The notes beneath the pieces were generated by a model, which was not told the DNA's origin, ran no database searches, and saw only the letters and a program-made list of their open reading frames with translations. DNA of 64,000 nucleotides from Paraspadella gotoi (Eukaryota > Animalia > Chaetognatha). The position numbers were made by a program, and so were the translations under genes. Each line of letters opens with the position of its first letter. The first letter of the stretch is position 1. Shown here piece by piece: positions 37,801 to 51,120 of the stretch. The stretch lies in the NCBI GenBank assembly GCA_051294375.1, contig CM119269.1, positions 186,001-250,000 of the forward strand. The letters are read 5' to 3'.

Positions 37801-40800
37801 GCTGGTATGTCAGGTCATGAATATAATTTTTTTGAAATTGTTGATGGACAAGGGGTGCTGCATCATGGCCATCCAGGGAATTTAAGAATGTACGTCCTGA
37901 TGGTGATCATGGGCTCTGGAGCTTGCGAAATTTCGCAAGATTAAGAGACATTGGGGATTACCAAAAGTGGCACTGCAGCTAGATAAATTGGAAGAGCTGG
38001 CCTGAAGAGGGTTGAGCTTAAGCTTCAGACCAATGATGGATCTAGCGCGAAATTTGTTGGGTGATCTTCAAAAAAGGAGGCAAATGTCTGAATCAATGGT
38101 GAGATTTGCAAGGTATTTGACTCCATAGATATCCCCTGAGAAGGCTCTTGAAAGGCGTGTACGCCTTACATCAGAGAGCTTGGAAAACGAATATATCATA
38201 GTTGAGCTTGGCGACAAAAAGACCTGCCTGGTTTTGCTGTTTTGTTTCTTTTTCTTAAGGAAGTTCGTCATGCCGATGGAATCAGCCCTCATGCAGCAAT
38301 CACCAGCAGCAATCAATGACGGGACTAGACTCTGCTGGTCTAAGTTTGACGCCATCCAGGCAACCTGTGAATAATACGAGAGACAGCAATCTGAAAGCCA
38401 TCTGAAGGATCCCAGGAGCTGTTTGGCGGAGAGCTTGAAGCATAAGGAGCAGTCAGAATGGAGCAGGAGTCTAGAGTATTCATCGTCCCTCCTTAGACTG
38501 CTAAAATCCAATGCTGGAGAGAAGAGATCGGGCGCTGTCAAGCATCCGTGAGTACATGTAACATGCAAATTTATTGCCCTTTGTTATATCTAAACTCTGT
38601 GCCTGACCGGAGTCCTTCAGGTTGCAGAGATCAACAGAAGCTGTTTCAGCGTGTTTGCGGCGTGGACATATGCAACGAGACTGTTGGGCAAGAAAATGTA
38701 TGTAGAACCTGTTAATTCAGACCAAACAGCCAATATACTTTAAGCAATCCACTCATGAGATGGTAGCCCTATAGTGGGTGGGACTGCGGCCAACGGGATA
38801 CAAACCCATGCCTGAACCCATTTTGTCCTGCCTTAGTCACCCTGGATTAGGGAGAAGCCAACTTGTTGGCCACCCGGTTCCAGGCGCGGACTTTGGTGAC
38901 CCACCCTTATCTGGAAGAGAGAGAGAAATGGCAAAGAAAAGATTGACGACGGTCTCTGGCCAGTAAGAATTCAGTTCTTGGGTTGTCATGGTGTTGCTAA
39001 TCGATGCCTTGCTTCCCTGGGCTGGTCTCTGCTAATGGAGGGGGATTTGTCTCTAGGTGTTTTTTAAAGTGTTTTTAAAACGTTTTTAAACTTGGAACTG
39101 TTTTTTACATCGTCGCCAATTATTTCAATATCAATAAACATTTTTAAACATCGTTCGAATTCTCGGTCGTAGCGCGTCTCATAAAAGTCAGAAAAATTAG
39201 AGGCAAGCTCAAACAAAGGCTTTACAAGACTAATATTTTTTATTTTATATATTTACTTAAAAGCATATAAAATCAGACCTAAATTCCTATTCTTGACAAG
39301 AAACAAAACTGTAATAATTATTAATTGATATATTCTATTCATCGGCCCTTAAATGTATAATTAAATATATTGATTTCCTAATTATAATCAATTAAAAATT
39401 TAAGCAAAAGTACAGAAACTTTCTCTTCTTTTTTATACTTTATATTACATCAAAAGAGTTTATTTCATCCAATTAACAGAATCTATTTGAAAAGAAAGTT
39501 TTAAATAAAATCATCGATACCCTTAAATTTTGAATTCATCTAAGTTTTTTTTCTATAAAATATTTTGTGACTATAAAAAGCAGAAAATCTCTTTAAAAAT
39601 TAGATCTTACCCTTTTTTGGAAAAAAAAATTTTAAACCTGAAAAAAGATTTTTCTCTACCGAGATTTTTTTTAAAGAGAATTATAAGCATCGCTGATTAT
39701 TATCGGAATTTTTTTAATCTACTTTACCAAATGATTTATAGGAAGAATAATTAATATGATCAGAGACAGCTAAACGTTTATTTTTGGTCAGCTTGTTTAC
39801 CCCCCTGTTCACTTGGTCCCCTTAAAAGACTTTATGTTTTCTCCATGAAAGAAAAGGATATCAAATCCGAGCACCTGAGACTGAGACTGACCTAAGACGA
39901 CGACGAACCGACCGAAGACCTGGGAGACGACACGACGCAATAAACACAGTAAATATAGTTATCCTTGTATTTACTACCTATTGCCTACCACTGATTAGGC
40001 ATGCAAGTGCGTATGTTGCACGCTCGTGTAAACGCGAGATCAAGCAGCGACCAAGCACGATCAAGCAGCCAAACGCGACCAAAGCACGATCAAGGAACGA
40101 CCTAGCACGATCAAAGCGCGTGACCATAGTACGGATGATTGGACTGAGGAAAAATCCTGCTGTCTCGTTGACTGTCCCAAGTCTACAGGGAAAATTAGCT
40201 TATTAATTTTAAAATAAAATGATAAATTTGACTAATAGTGGTCGTCATACAATCACTGAGAATAGATATGGCCTTTTATACTAGAGAGTCTCCAACTTGT
40301 TTTTTTAATTCAGGCAGACAAAATTAACAGTTCGGGTTCGTCGCGCGATCTTCCAATTCTCATGTGTTATAAAGATGAACTGGTCCCACCAATGAACATT
40401 AATTATAGAAAAAATTAAATTTAATGTACCCTATAGGTCAGGAGCTGATGGTATTACCGCAACTGAGTCCACCGGGGTCTCAGATTAATATCATGCATTA
40501 TTGTAATACAGCCCGACTACCAGAAAATGGAGAGAAAATAAGGGGAAAAAGGAGGGAAAATAAAACAAGAAGAAAATAAAAAATAAAAAGAAAAGCATAA
40601 AAGTGGTAGATAGAGAATCAGGCAGACGCCGACAGAAGTCGACATTACGCTCGTCGAATCAGCTAAGAAGCCGCGTCCGAAAGGAAAAATTGTCTCGATT
40701 CCTTCGCGACTCCGTGCAGGAGAGGATGGACGACGCGAGACGGGGCCGCAGGACGAAGCGATGTCAGAAGTTGGTACGCGCCGTGCGGAAAAGATCGTGC

Positions 40801-41940
40801 GGACACATTTGGCCGACATATTGCCGATAGCCATGATGACAGTATTTGCCGCACATTTGCCACATATTTGCCGACCACATTTGGGCGAGAGGACCAAGCC
40901 CACGTTTTGGTGTTTCTCGCAACACAAAAGCGCACGAAATACTCACTTAGCAATTTTGAATTCGTTCCTACCTTCGTGTTCACGCGCTGTTCTCCTCCCA
41001 CCTCTCCTCCTTTCTCGTTCTCGCTGCCCCTTCTTCACTCCTTTTTCTCGTTTCCTAGTCTCCCCTCTCCCTCCTTTTCTTTCTCGTTCTCCTGCCCCCT
41101 CTTTCCCTCCTTTTCTTCTCGTTCTCCTCCCCCTCTCCCTCCTTTTCTTCCTCGTTCTCACTCCCTTTATTCCTCCTTTCTCTCGTTTCTGTCTCTCACC
41201 CTCTCCTCCTTTTCTTTCTCTCTCCGTTCTCCTCCCCTTACTTCTCGCTTTTCTTCATCGTTCTCCTCCACGGCGTTCATTCGCTCCTTTTTCTGTCTCG
41301 TTCTCCTCCACCTCCTCGACCTACTGATTTATTCTCGTGTCCACTCCCCGCTCTCCTATTTGCGTTCTCATTCTCCTCAAGCCCTGCTCCCGCTTTTATT
41401 CTCGTTCCTCGCCCCTCATCCCACTGTCTTCTTCTCGTTGCTCCTCCCCCTCTTCGCCTTCCTTTTGCTTTCGTTCCGCCGTTCCACCCTCTCCTCATTT
41501 ATTCTCCCATCTCCTCACCGCCTCTCCCTCCTTTTCTTCTGTTCTCTCTCCCCTCTCCCTCATTTTCTCATCATTCGTCCTCGCCCTCGCCCTCCCTAGA
41601 TCTACTCATTCTTCCTCACCCCTCTTCCTCGCTTCTTCCTCGGTTCTCCTCCCCTCCCCTTCTCCATCACTTGTTCTTTCTTCCCCTTCGATACCCTATG
41701 GCACGGCTCCTTATTTTTTTCGATCAGTTCTCCTCCCCCTCTCCACATCCTTTTCTTCTCGTTCTCCTCCCCTTTGCCTCATTTTTGCTTCTCGTTCTCT
41801 CCCCCTCTGCCTCAATTTTCTCTCATGTTCTCCTCCCNNNNNNNNNNNNNNNNNNNNNNNNNCCTCTCCCTCCTTTTCCTCTCGTTCTCCTTCCCCAATC
41901 CTTCCTTTTCCACCCGTTCTCCCTTCACCTTCTCTCTCTT
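34900..41940. repeat. Noisy duplicate of 29795-31560 that also spans what the 30401-30410 gap hides
   Basis: 34900-35568 matches 29795-30398, 39796-41150 matches 30411-31560, and ~4.2 kb lies between them. Confidence 0.85.
35839..39213 (+). mobile_element. BEL/Pao-like LTR element, gag only (no pol recognisable)
   Basis: Direct repeats of ~165 bp at 35846-36012 and 39054-39213, each preceded by TGT; PPT GGAGGGGGA just before the second. At 38642-38740, with 1-nt indels corrected, C-F-x-C-L-R-R-G-H-M-Q-R-D-C-W-A-R-x-x-C-R-T-C gives the tandem zinc knuckles typical of BEL/Pao Gag. Confidence 0.65.
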
Positions 41941-41985
41941 CCAATTGGCCTGTCGACTATTGCGTATTTCTTAACCACGACTCGA

Positions 41986-42029
<44 letters not shown>

Positions 42030-42599
42030 TTCACCATTGTGGCTCAGAAATCTCATATCACCTGCATTTGTCTAGGCAAGCACTCGTACAGTAAATTGAG
42101 GTATAGCGGTGATATATTTTTCCATACTTTTAATGCAATACTTTTCAGCCCCCTTACCAAAAAAATGTGCAATGCCTATAACATTGCCAAATATTAATGA
42201 AATAAAAAAAATAATTCAATTCAAAATAAAAATAAATAACTAAATATTAAAAATAATAAAAAATTAATCATAATGTTTTGCCATTTTTAATTTGAGACAG
42301 CAATTTTTTTTGCCTGTAACTTCTAAACGATTTGAGCTATAAAAAATGAAAAAAGCTACTTAAAAAAAATTTAATAAAGATTTTAAAATATTCTGATTTT
42401 TTTTAAATCAAACAAGTTTTCGAGTAGATATCCTTTACTAAAAATGTGATATTTTTTTTCCTAGATGGTACAGATTTATACAATGATTGGGCTAAAAATG
42501 TTATTTAAGTTTAGATCTTTAAATTGCGATTATGAAGGTTAAAGATAAACTATTTGCCTTTTCTTTTCATTGTGAATTTATAATCCTGTTTCCACAATA

Positions 42600-43045
42600 A
42601 CTCTTACTCTTTCCTTTTTCATTTCTCTTCTCTATTTCACCTCTCTATTCTCCTCTCAAATTCTTTCTTCTCTTTTCCTCTCTATTCCTCTTCTCTATTC
42701 TCCTCTCAAATTCTTTCTTCTCTTCTCTATTCTCCTGTATAATCTTCCTCTCTATTCTTCTTCTCTATTCTTCTCTCAAATTCTTTCTTCTCTTCTCTAT
42801 TCACCTGTATAATCTTTCTCTTTATTCCTCTTCTCTATTCTCCGCTCAAATTCTTTCTTCTCTTCTCTATTCTCTTCTATAATCCTTCTTTCTATTCCTC
42901 CTCTCTATTCTCCTTTCAAATATTTTCTTCTCTTCACTAATTCTCCTCTCTATTCTTCCTCTCTTTCCGCCCCGAAAACAAATGTATTTTCTGCGTGCGA
43001 CAACAAAATTGGAAAAATTTTTGGTTCTTAACGACCAGAAAATAA

Positions 43046-43135
<90 letters not shown>

Positions 43136-43238
43136 AAATGAGTTTGGTTCCCTTTTCTCCTTGAACACCTCATTGCTAAAGTTCTCTCTTTACCTCACTA
43201 TTTCTGTATGTTTTTCTTTTCCTATCTCTCTCTTTTTT

Positions 43239-43269
<31 letters not shown>

Positions 43270-43387
43270 ATCTCTCTTTTTTCTCCAGCTCTCTTTCTCT
43301 TTCTCTTCCTAGTAAATGATTTTAGCGAATTTCATCGAAAATTTTGAAAGAAAAAGTTTGAAACGTTTTCAAAAGAATTCGATAAGG

Positions 43388-43435
<48 letters not shown>

Positions 43436-43800
43436 TACGAAAAGAAAAATGAATTTTGAATGGATCCGACGCAAGAGAGAAAGGGTAGTGGGGGTGTGGA
43501 AGGGATAGAGGGGAGGAAAGGGAGAGAGGGGAAAGAGGAAAAGAAGGGAGAGAGGGGAAAGAGGGAAAGAAGGAGAGAGGAAGGAAAGAGGGAGAGAGGG
43601 AAGAGAGGAAAGAGAGAGGGGTAGGAAGGGAGAGACGGGAGAGGAGAAGAGAGAGGGGAAGGAAAGGAGAAGGAAGAAAGAGAAGGGAGAGGGAGGAAAG
43701 GGAGAGAGGGGAGGAAAGGGAGAGAGGGGAAAGAGGAAGAGAAGGGAGAGGGAGGAAAGGGAAAGAGGGGAAAGAAGAAGAGAGAGCAAAAGGAGAAAAA
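42600..43800. repeat. Polypyrimidine/polypurine minisatellites and (GA)n microsatellites
   Basis: Repeated ttctttcttctcttctctattc units, (GA)n and GA-rich tracts. Similar tracts at 40960-41940, 53670-54200 and 59300-60065; (GAT)n, (GAC)n and (GGC)n at 62380-63030. Confidence 0.9.
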
Positions 43801-44083
43801 AATGGGACAGATTTCGCAGGGCGATCGGCAAACCTGAATGGCAATTTGAGCAATTTTGATGCATGGCAATTTGGCGTTATGGTAATCTCGATAAAAGTCA
43901 GATCGGAACGAATGGCAATTTGGCCTCGAGGCAATTGGGACTGATGGCATTTAAGAGCCAGAATATCGGTCAGTGGAACAAAAAGTCGGGAAATGAATTT
44001 TATCGAATTTTATTCCCTCTGATAATTTAGAATAAAATTACGAATATTGAAAGTTTTAAAATAAAATATGTCGTGTCACTCTC

Positions 44084-44142
<59 letters not shown>

Positions 44143-44648
44143 TTCCCGTTAGTCGTTCGTAGTCATCATGTTAAACGGTCATCAGAATCTCTCCTTTTCT
44201 CATCTCGTGCCAACTTTTCTTATCTTCAACTTTTAGTTTCTATCTTTTCCTCTCTCATTTTATTTTTATTTATCTTTTTATTTCCTTATTAATTAATTTT
44301 TAATACTCACCAATCTGATTTTAGTCTCTGACTGTCCTACTGTCTAGCATCTTATCGGATTCTCTCAGTGGGCGTGGCCTTCAAATTCCATCTCTTTCTC
44401 CCCTTTCCCCTTTTCCCCACTTTTTTTCGGAACCGCGATTTCTGGCAACTGGTTCATTGCTTCGGTTCGTTGCCTCCCGAAGGCAGTTTGCAAATCTTCA
44501 GCGATTTCTTGCATGTCGACGACGACGACGACGACGACGACGGTCGGGAAACTGGCATCAAATGAAAAGCTTTTGACCTTTGAGACGGAGAGTCCAGGCC
44601 GAGAGGTCGAATCAATTGCTTACTCTCCCCGTCTGTTGACACGCGAAA

Positions 44649-44713
<65 letters not shown>

Positions 44714-44992
44714 CCCCTGGAGATGTTCTCTCTCGAGTGACCCCAACCACTTTGCATTTCCATTCCGACGGCAGTAAAAACTGTTGCAGAAAAGGCAAGC
44801 TGAAAACAAGCTGCAGAGAGAGTTATCCGAACCAAGCTTTAAATGCTTTCCAGCTGAAATTTTTTTTATCAGAAGGCAAACGTTAAAAATGAAAAACAGT
44901 TGGGAGGTGACGTGATTGCGTCGCGTGCGCGGTATATATTGGCGAAGATGGGGCGTGGCCGAATAAGAGAGGCGGGGTGCGAAATAAATCAA

Positions 44993-46500
44993 GTGTTGAG
45001 CCCAATGGTGGGTGACCTAGTGTTAAGACTAATGGGCAGTCTGCCAAATGGGTAGTGTGCCGAGCGAATGTTGACTTTTGAGGCTAATAAGCTGCGTGCC
45101 AACTGAATGTTAAGCCTAATGGTAGGTAAGCTGAGCGAGCATTGAGCCCAATGTACAGTGTGCCAAATGAATATTAAGCTCATTGATTGGTTTGCCGTGT
45201 GAGTGATGGGAAGTGTGCCAAATGAATATCAAGCATGATGTGCCAATTAGTGTTCAGCCAATGGGCAATGTGCCAAACAAAAATTAAGCCTGATGGGTGG
45301 TGAAATGCTTTAAGATTGAGTCTGATTGGCACTGTGCCAAATGAATATCAAGCCAAATGGGCACGGTGCCACGTAATTGTTGAGCCTGATTGCCATTGTG
45401 CCAAATGAATAGCAAGCCTATGGGAACTGCACTGCACAAATGTTGAGCCTGATTGGAAGTGTCCCAAATGAATATTAGGCCCAAAGGACTCTGCACCATG
45501 CGAGTGTTGAGCCTGATTGAAGTGTGCCAAATGAATGTTAAGCCCAAAGGACTTTGCGCCACGCGAGTGTTGAGCGTGATTGGAAGTGTGCCAAATGAAT
45601 CTTAAGCACAAAGGACTCTGCGCCATGCGAGTGTTGAGCCTGATTGGAAGTGTGCCAAATGAATGATAAGCCCAAAAGACTCTGCAACATGCAAGTGTTG
45701 AGCCTGATTGAAGTGTGCCAAATGAATGTTAAGCCCAAAGGACTCTGCACCAAGCAGGTGTTGAGCCTTATTGAAGTGTGCAAAATGAATGTTAAGCCCA
45801 AAGGACTCTGCACCGCACAAGTGTTNNNNNNNNNNGGAATTGTGCCAAATGAATGTTAAGCCTAAAAGACTCTGCGCCGCGCGATTGTTGAGCCTGATTG
45901 GAAGTGTGCCAAATGAATGTTCGCCAAATGACTCTGTGGCCGCACGAGTGTTGAGCCTGGTCGGAAGTGTGCCAAATGAATGTTAAAGCCAAAGGACTCT
46001 GCCCAGCCGAGTGTTGAGCCTGATCAAAGTGTGCCAAATGAATGTTAAGCCCAAATGACTCTGGCCGCACGAAGTGTTGAGCCAGATCGGAAGTGTGCCA
46101 AATGAATGTTAAGCCCAAAGGACTCTGCGCCGCGCGAGTGTTGAGCCTGATCGGAAGCGTGCCAAATGAATGTTAAGTCCCNNNNNNNNNNNNNNNNNNN
46201 NNNNNNAAGCCCAAATGACTCTGTGCCGCACGAGTGTTGAGCCTGGTCGGAAGTGTGCAAATGAATGTTAAGCGCAAAGGACTCTGCGCCGCACGAGTGT
46301 TGAGCCTGATCGGAAGTGTGCCAAATGAATGTTAAGCCCAAATGACTCTTGCCGCACGAGTGTTGAGCCAGATCGGAATGTGCCAAAATGAAATGTTAAG
46401 CCCAAAGGACTCTGCCGCCGCGCGGTGTTGAGCCTATCGGAAGCTGTGCCAAATGAATTGTTAAGCCCAAAGGACTCTGCGCCGCGCGAGTGTTGAGCCG
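44993..46500. repeat. Satellite array, 63-64-bp unit built from two related 32-bp halves
   Basis: Unit GTGTTGAGCCTGATTGGAAGTGTGCCAAATGA + ATGTTAAGCCCAAAGGACTCTGCGCCGCGCGA; starts at 45504, 45567, 45631, 45695 and onward; degenerate ~32-bp monomers at 44993-45440. Confidence 0.92.
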
Positions 46501-47166
46501 ATGGGCGGTTGGCGACCAGAAAGAAGTTGACAATCGGGAAATGTTCTGTCATCTCAATGAAGATTGGAATAGCGGGGGAGAAGGAGAAAGGGAAAGGAGA
46601 AGGAATAGAAGAGAAGAAAAGAGTGGGGAGGAAGGGCAGGGAGGAGGAAAAGGAGTGGGAAGGCAGGGAGGAGGAAAAAAATAATATGAAGAAGAGGAAG
46701 GGGGAGAAAAAAAAATCAAAACTCGGAATAATGAAATTGTTAGACCCGATTGATTTTCGATGGAGCGATTGGAAGAAATAGTCAAATGGTTTAGTCAATC
46801 AATCAATCGATCGATTTAATCTCATTTATACTTTCGTTAGGAAAAAAAACAACTGGTAAGGCAGCCAACGGGAGAGAATTCTGGCTGAATCTTAAATGAA
46901 GGCAATAAAATGAGCCATTACTCCACCCTTTTATCGATGATAAAATCGTCGGCGGGTTTTTCCCAACTCGACATTGGAAACGGGACACGCCGCCTGAGTT
47001 TGCCGGAAGAAATATTTTAATCAAAGCAAATTTTTTAAAAAATATTGAGAAAGAAATATAGTTTATTTTTTGTTTAAAACTCATAAGTTTTATTTCTGAG
47101 ACGGATTTGTTCTGACTCTTTTTTTCAAATCTTTTTTAGCGCTATGTGAATTTAAACAAAATTTTT

Positions 47167-47320
47167 AGTCGGATCTGCTTATCAGCAGATCCGACTCTAT
47201 AACTCACTTTTTATACTCACTTTTCGGTCCGTCGGTCCGCCCCCTCAATATTGTCGGGCACACACTTATATCATGTCAGAACATCGAATTATGATAAATT
47301 ATGCAAAAAAAAATGATGTC

Positions 47321-47351
<31 letters not shown>

Positions 47352-48798
47352 GCCACCTTAGGCAAAAAACACCAATTACTCGTGATTGGATGGATGGATT
47401 TAAATGAAATTTTGTGTGTGGATAGGTAAGTGTGTGATTGAGCTGGATATTAAGTTTCGATGGAATCGTCCGAGTGGAAATGAGTTTAAATGGAAAAAAA
47501 CAAAAAAAATATATCACTATTTGAACACCAATTGCTCATTGAGTGGATGGGCTGATTGACCTGGAATTTTGTATGTGGGTTGGAAAGTGTGTGATTGAAC
47601 AGGAAATCAAGTTTCGATGGAATAGTTTGAGTGGAAATGGAGTTTAAATGGAAAAAAACAAAAAACCTGTTTTACTAATTGATTTATGCTTCTTTTTTCC
47701 TTTTATATTAAATGTATCTGCAGGATGTATTAATAAATCAAATAATTAATCAGTTAATTATCAATTAGTAAATAAATTAATCAATAATTAATTAATTATG
47801 TCAATCAATCCGTCATCCGTCCCATCTTAGCAAAAAGCTCCAATAACTCGTGATTGGCTGGTTTGGATTGGAATTAAATTTTGTGTGTGGGTAGGAAAGT
47901 GTGTGATAAGCTGGATATAAAATTTCGATGGAATCGTGTGAGTGGAAATTAGTTTAAATGGAAAAAAACATAAGTCGAATTTACTAAAACTTTTTTACTT
48001 ATTTTAAAACAATAAATACTCCATTAATCATAAATTGGATGGATAGATTGAGTTGAAATTTTGTGTGTGGGTAGGAAAACGTATGACGAAGCTTGATATA
48101 AATGTTTCAGTGGAAACGTACAAGTGGAAATGAGTTTTAAATGAAAAATATGAGTCACATTACTTGAATCTTTTTATTTATTTTAACCCATGATAGATTG
48201 AGATGAAATTTGTTGTGAGCCGGTAGGAAAGAGTGAAGAAGCTAGATATAAAGTTTTTGACGGAATGCAAGTTGAAAAAATTATGAAGTTAAAAAAATGA
48301 TGCAAGTTAAAAAAATCTTAAAAGCATAAGGATCGTCGCTATTGCATAAAAAGGAGGAGAGAGAGAGAGAGAAAGAGACTATAGAGAGTGAGAGAGAGAG
48401 AGAGATGAGAGAGAAAGAGAGAGAGTGAGAGAGAGAGAGAGAGAAGGAGACATAAAATAAAAAATCTTAAAAGACTCAAGATCGAGCCAGAGCCCACTAT
48501 CATAGAAAATTAATGAAAAAAACCGGGGAAAAAAACGAATGAATCATGCGATAACGAATTGTTGATGTACTAGTAATTGATTGAGGTAATACTAATTGAT
48601 TGATTGTAATAGTAATTTATTGATGTAATAGGAATTGATTATTGATTCGATGATAATCAATTATTGATGCGATGATAGTCATTCACTGCTGTTGATGATA
48701 GTCATTCAGTGATGCGATGATTGTCATTCATTGATGCGATGATTGTCATTCATTGGATGCGATGATAGTCAATAAAACAAACAAATGCGTGTATGAGT

Positions 48799-48854
<56 letters not shown>

Positions 48855-48855
48855 A

Positions 48856-48895
<40 letters not shown>

Positions 48896-49912
48896 GAGAA
48901 AGAGAATAAATCCGAAAATCTCGGATGAAAATATGGGATTTTGTATTGAAAAAAAGCGCGGAATAAATGGCATAAATAAAAAGTTTTTAGAAGGAAAAAA
49001 ATAATCAGAATTTTTCAAAAACAAAACGATCACGCAAAAGATCGGACAGATAGGGGACAGACACACACAGAGAGACAGAGAGACAGAGAGAGGAGAGAAA
49101 AAGAGAGAGAGAGAGAGACAGCCGCTGCAGAAAAAACAGAAAGAGAAAGAGCGATATATAATAATTAAAAGAGAGAGAGAGAGAGAAGCTCTACAGCCCC
49201 TTTACTCATTAAAGAATCAGCAGTACTTATAGCGAACCGCACGTAGCGTGAGCTATTCTCTACCCAAAGGACCCCGGGTTCGCGCCCTGTTCGCGGCATC
49301 GTTTTTTACATTAGTGAACCCACATTATATCTAAAAAAATTTTTGTAAAAATAAAAAAGAAGAGAGAGAGAGAGAGAGAGAGAGAAGAGAGAAAGAAGCT
49401 GGACAGACGCTGCAGAGCCGGAACTCGTTTTAGAAGAACGAGTGACGGAGAAAAAAGAGAGAGAGAGAGAGCGACATATAATTAAAACGTTTTTGTTTTT
49501 GTAAATAAACATAAACAAATACCAATATTGATATGAACATGAGAATTTTAAGATCTTGATGATTAGAAGCCATATATTGAAAAATTCAACTCCCTATGAT
49601 ATAACACACTTTCAGAAGGCCATGATTGCCAAAAAAGCCGAGACGAAAGCTAAACCGAAAAAACAATTCTAGACAGGACGGGCTTTGCCCGCCTGGCTCG
49701 ATAATAGAGGATATTTGTTTGTTTTGATAAAATGTAAAACAAAACATTTAATAATGTCCTGACTCAATTTTAAGGACATCGATGATGAAAGCTGAATATA
49801 AATTATAAATTAATCTAATAATTAATTAATCATTAAATTAATTAATCTATTAATTAATTAATTAATTAATTTAATTATCGTAGGCAGATCCGACATTGTT
49901 TGCTCAAACTTG
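47167..49912 (+). mobile_element. Helentron/DINE-1-like element, family 1, 2.75-kb copy with an empty site in the window
   Basis: Perfect 5' palindrome AGTCGGATCTGCttatcaGCAGATCCGACT; 3' GCAGATCCGAC-attgtttgctcaaac-TTG; sits in a T-run with no TSD; the same flanks are joined directly at 51826-51850. Confidence 0.88.
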
Positions 49913-51120
49913 TTTTTATTATAATTATGAATGGAATTGCCGACCATGATGGTAGAGGACAGAACCGGAATGGACCAATCAGCCGTACCGCAACGATGGT
50001 ACTGTCAAAATCACTTTTGCCTCTGATCCTCTCCATTATATATAAATAGACTTAGCTTTCCTTAGTTTCAGTAGCATTGATCAAGACTCCTGCGTGGGTT
50101 CTCACACGTTATCGCTTATTCTCAGAATTAAATCTCATCCTTGGTTTCTAACCCTAGAAATCTAATAGTTTTTCCTTAAATGTGGTGGCAGCAGTATAAG
50201 AATTCAAACACGCCTCCGGAATAGCGACTGGTTATACTATAAAGTTATATCTAAAGTACTAATTAAAGAATTGATTATTTTAGTTTTTAAAAATATTTTT
50301 AAAAATTTGTTTAATAATTTATTCTTATAATTTTTTTATTCATATCTATTAAATATGATGACAGTTTTAATCATTCTTTTCCGAGCTAGTATAAAATGAG
50401 GTGGGAGGATTTCTCGCTTAAAAAAAAAGAAAAAGAAAAAAAAAAGTAAAAAAGAAAAAAAAAGAAAAAAGAAAAAAGCAAAAAAAAGGAGAAAAAAGAA
50501 AAAAATGAAAAAAATAAAATAAATAAAAAAAATAAAAAAATCAAAAAAATAAAAAGGAAAAGGAGAAATGGGAAAAAAGGAAAAAAAGAAAAAAAGAAAG
50601 AAGAAAAGAGAAAATAAGAAAAGAATAAAAAAGAAAGAAGAGGTAAAAATCAGGAAAGACAAAAAACGATGAGAAAAAGCGCGAAGAATAAAACAGAAAA
50701 AACGACGAAAGATGAAAACTAAAGACAACAAATATATTTTTATGTTTGTTTATAAAAAGCTCATTACAGAATAAAGAGAAGCTAAAATTTGGATTTTATC
50801 TTCTGAATTTATACCAAAATTTTGCTTTTTATAATCTCATGCCGGATTTTCGGTCTTAGTATCAAATTTCCTTGGTTTGAAGTGAAAATTTGATTTTCTT
50901 TTTTTGTCTTTTCATTTTATTAAAACATAGTTTTTTGTTTTGCTTTGTCTCCGTGTTCATCTTTTTTTTATTTAACCTATACTTTTCATTTATCTCTAAT
51001 TAACAAACTAAAGAACTTTTTGCACGAGTGATGGCCAGAGTCGATATGCGTGTTATTCAACCGGTTGCATTAGAGTCTTCGCGAACACTCAATTTTGTTT
51101 CTTACCACTAGACTCAGTGA

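Noticed and set aside
40761-44292. Long ORFs rich in S/L/F/P or E/R (also 516-950, 59263-60077, 62909-63286)
   Set aside because: They are translations of CT/GA/GGC microsatellites with no domain signal.
44365-44514. Short - strand ORF MQEIAEDLQTAFGRQRTEAMNQLPEIAVPKKS...
   Set aside because: No splice partners or recognisable homology; cannot be supported.
44993-46500. CRISPR-like array or repeat-protein ORFs (GLTFIWHTS...)
   Set aside because: No unique spacers and no cas genes in a eukaryotic context; the 64-bp unit is not a multiple of 3, so the ORFs are by-products of the satellite.
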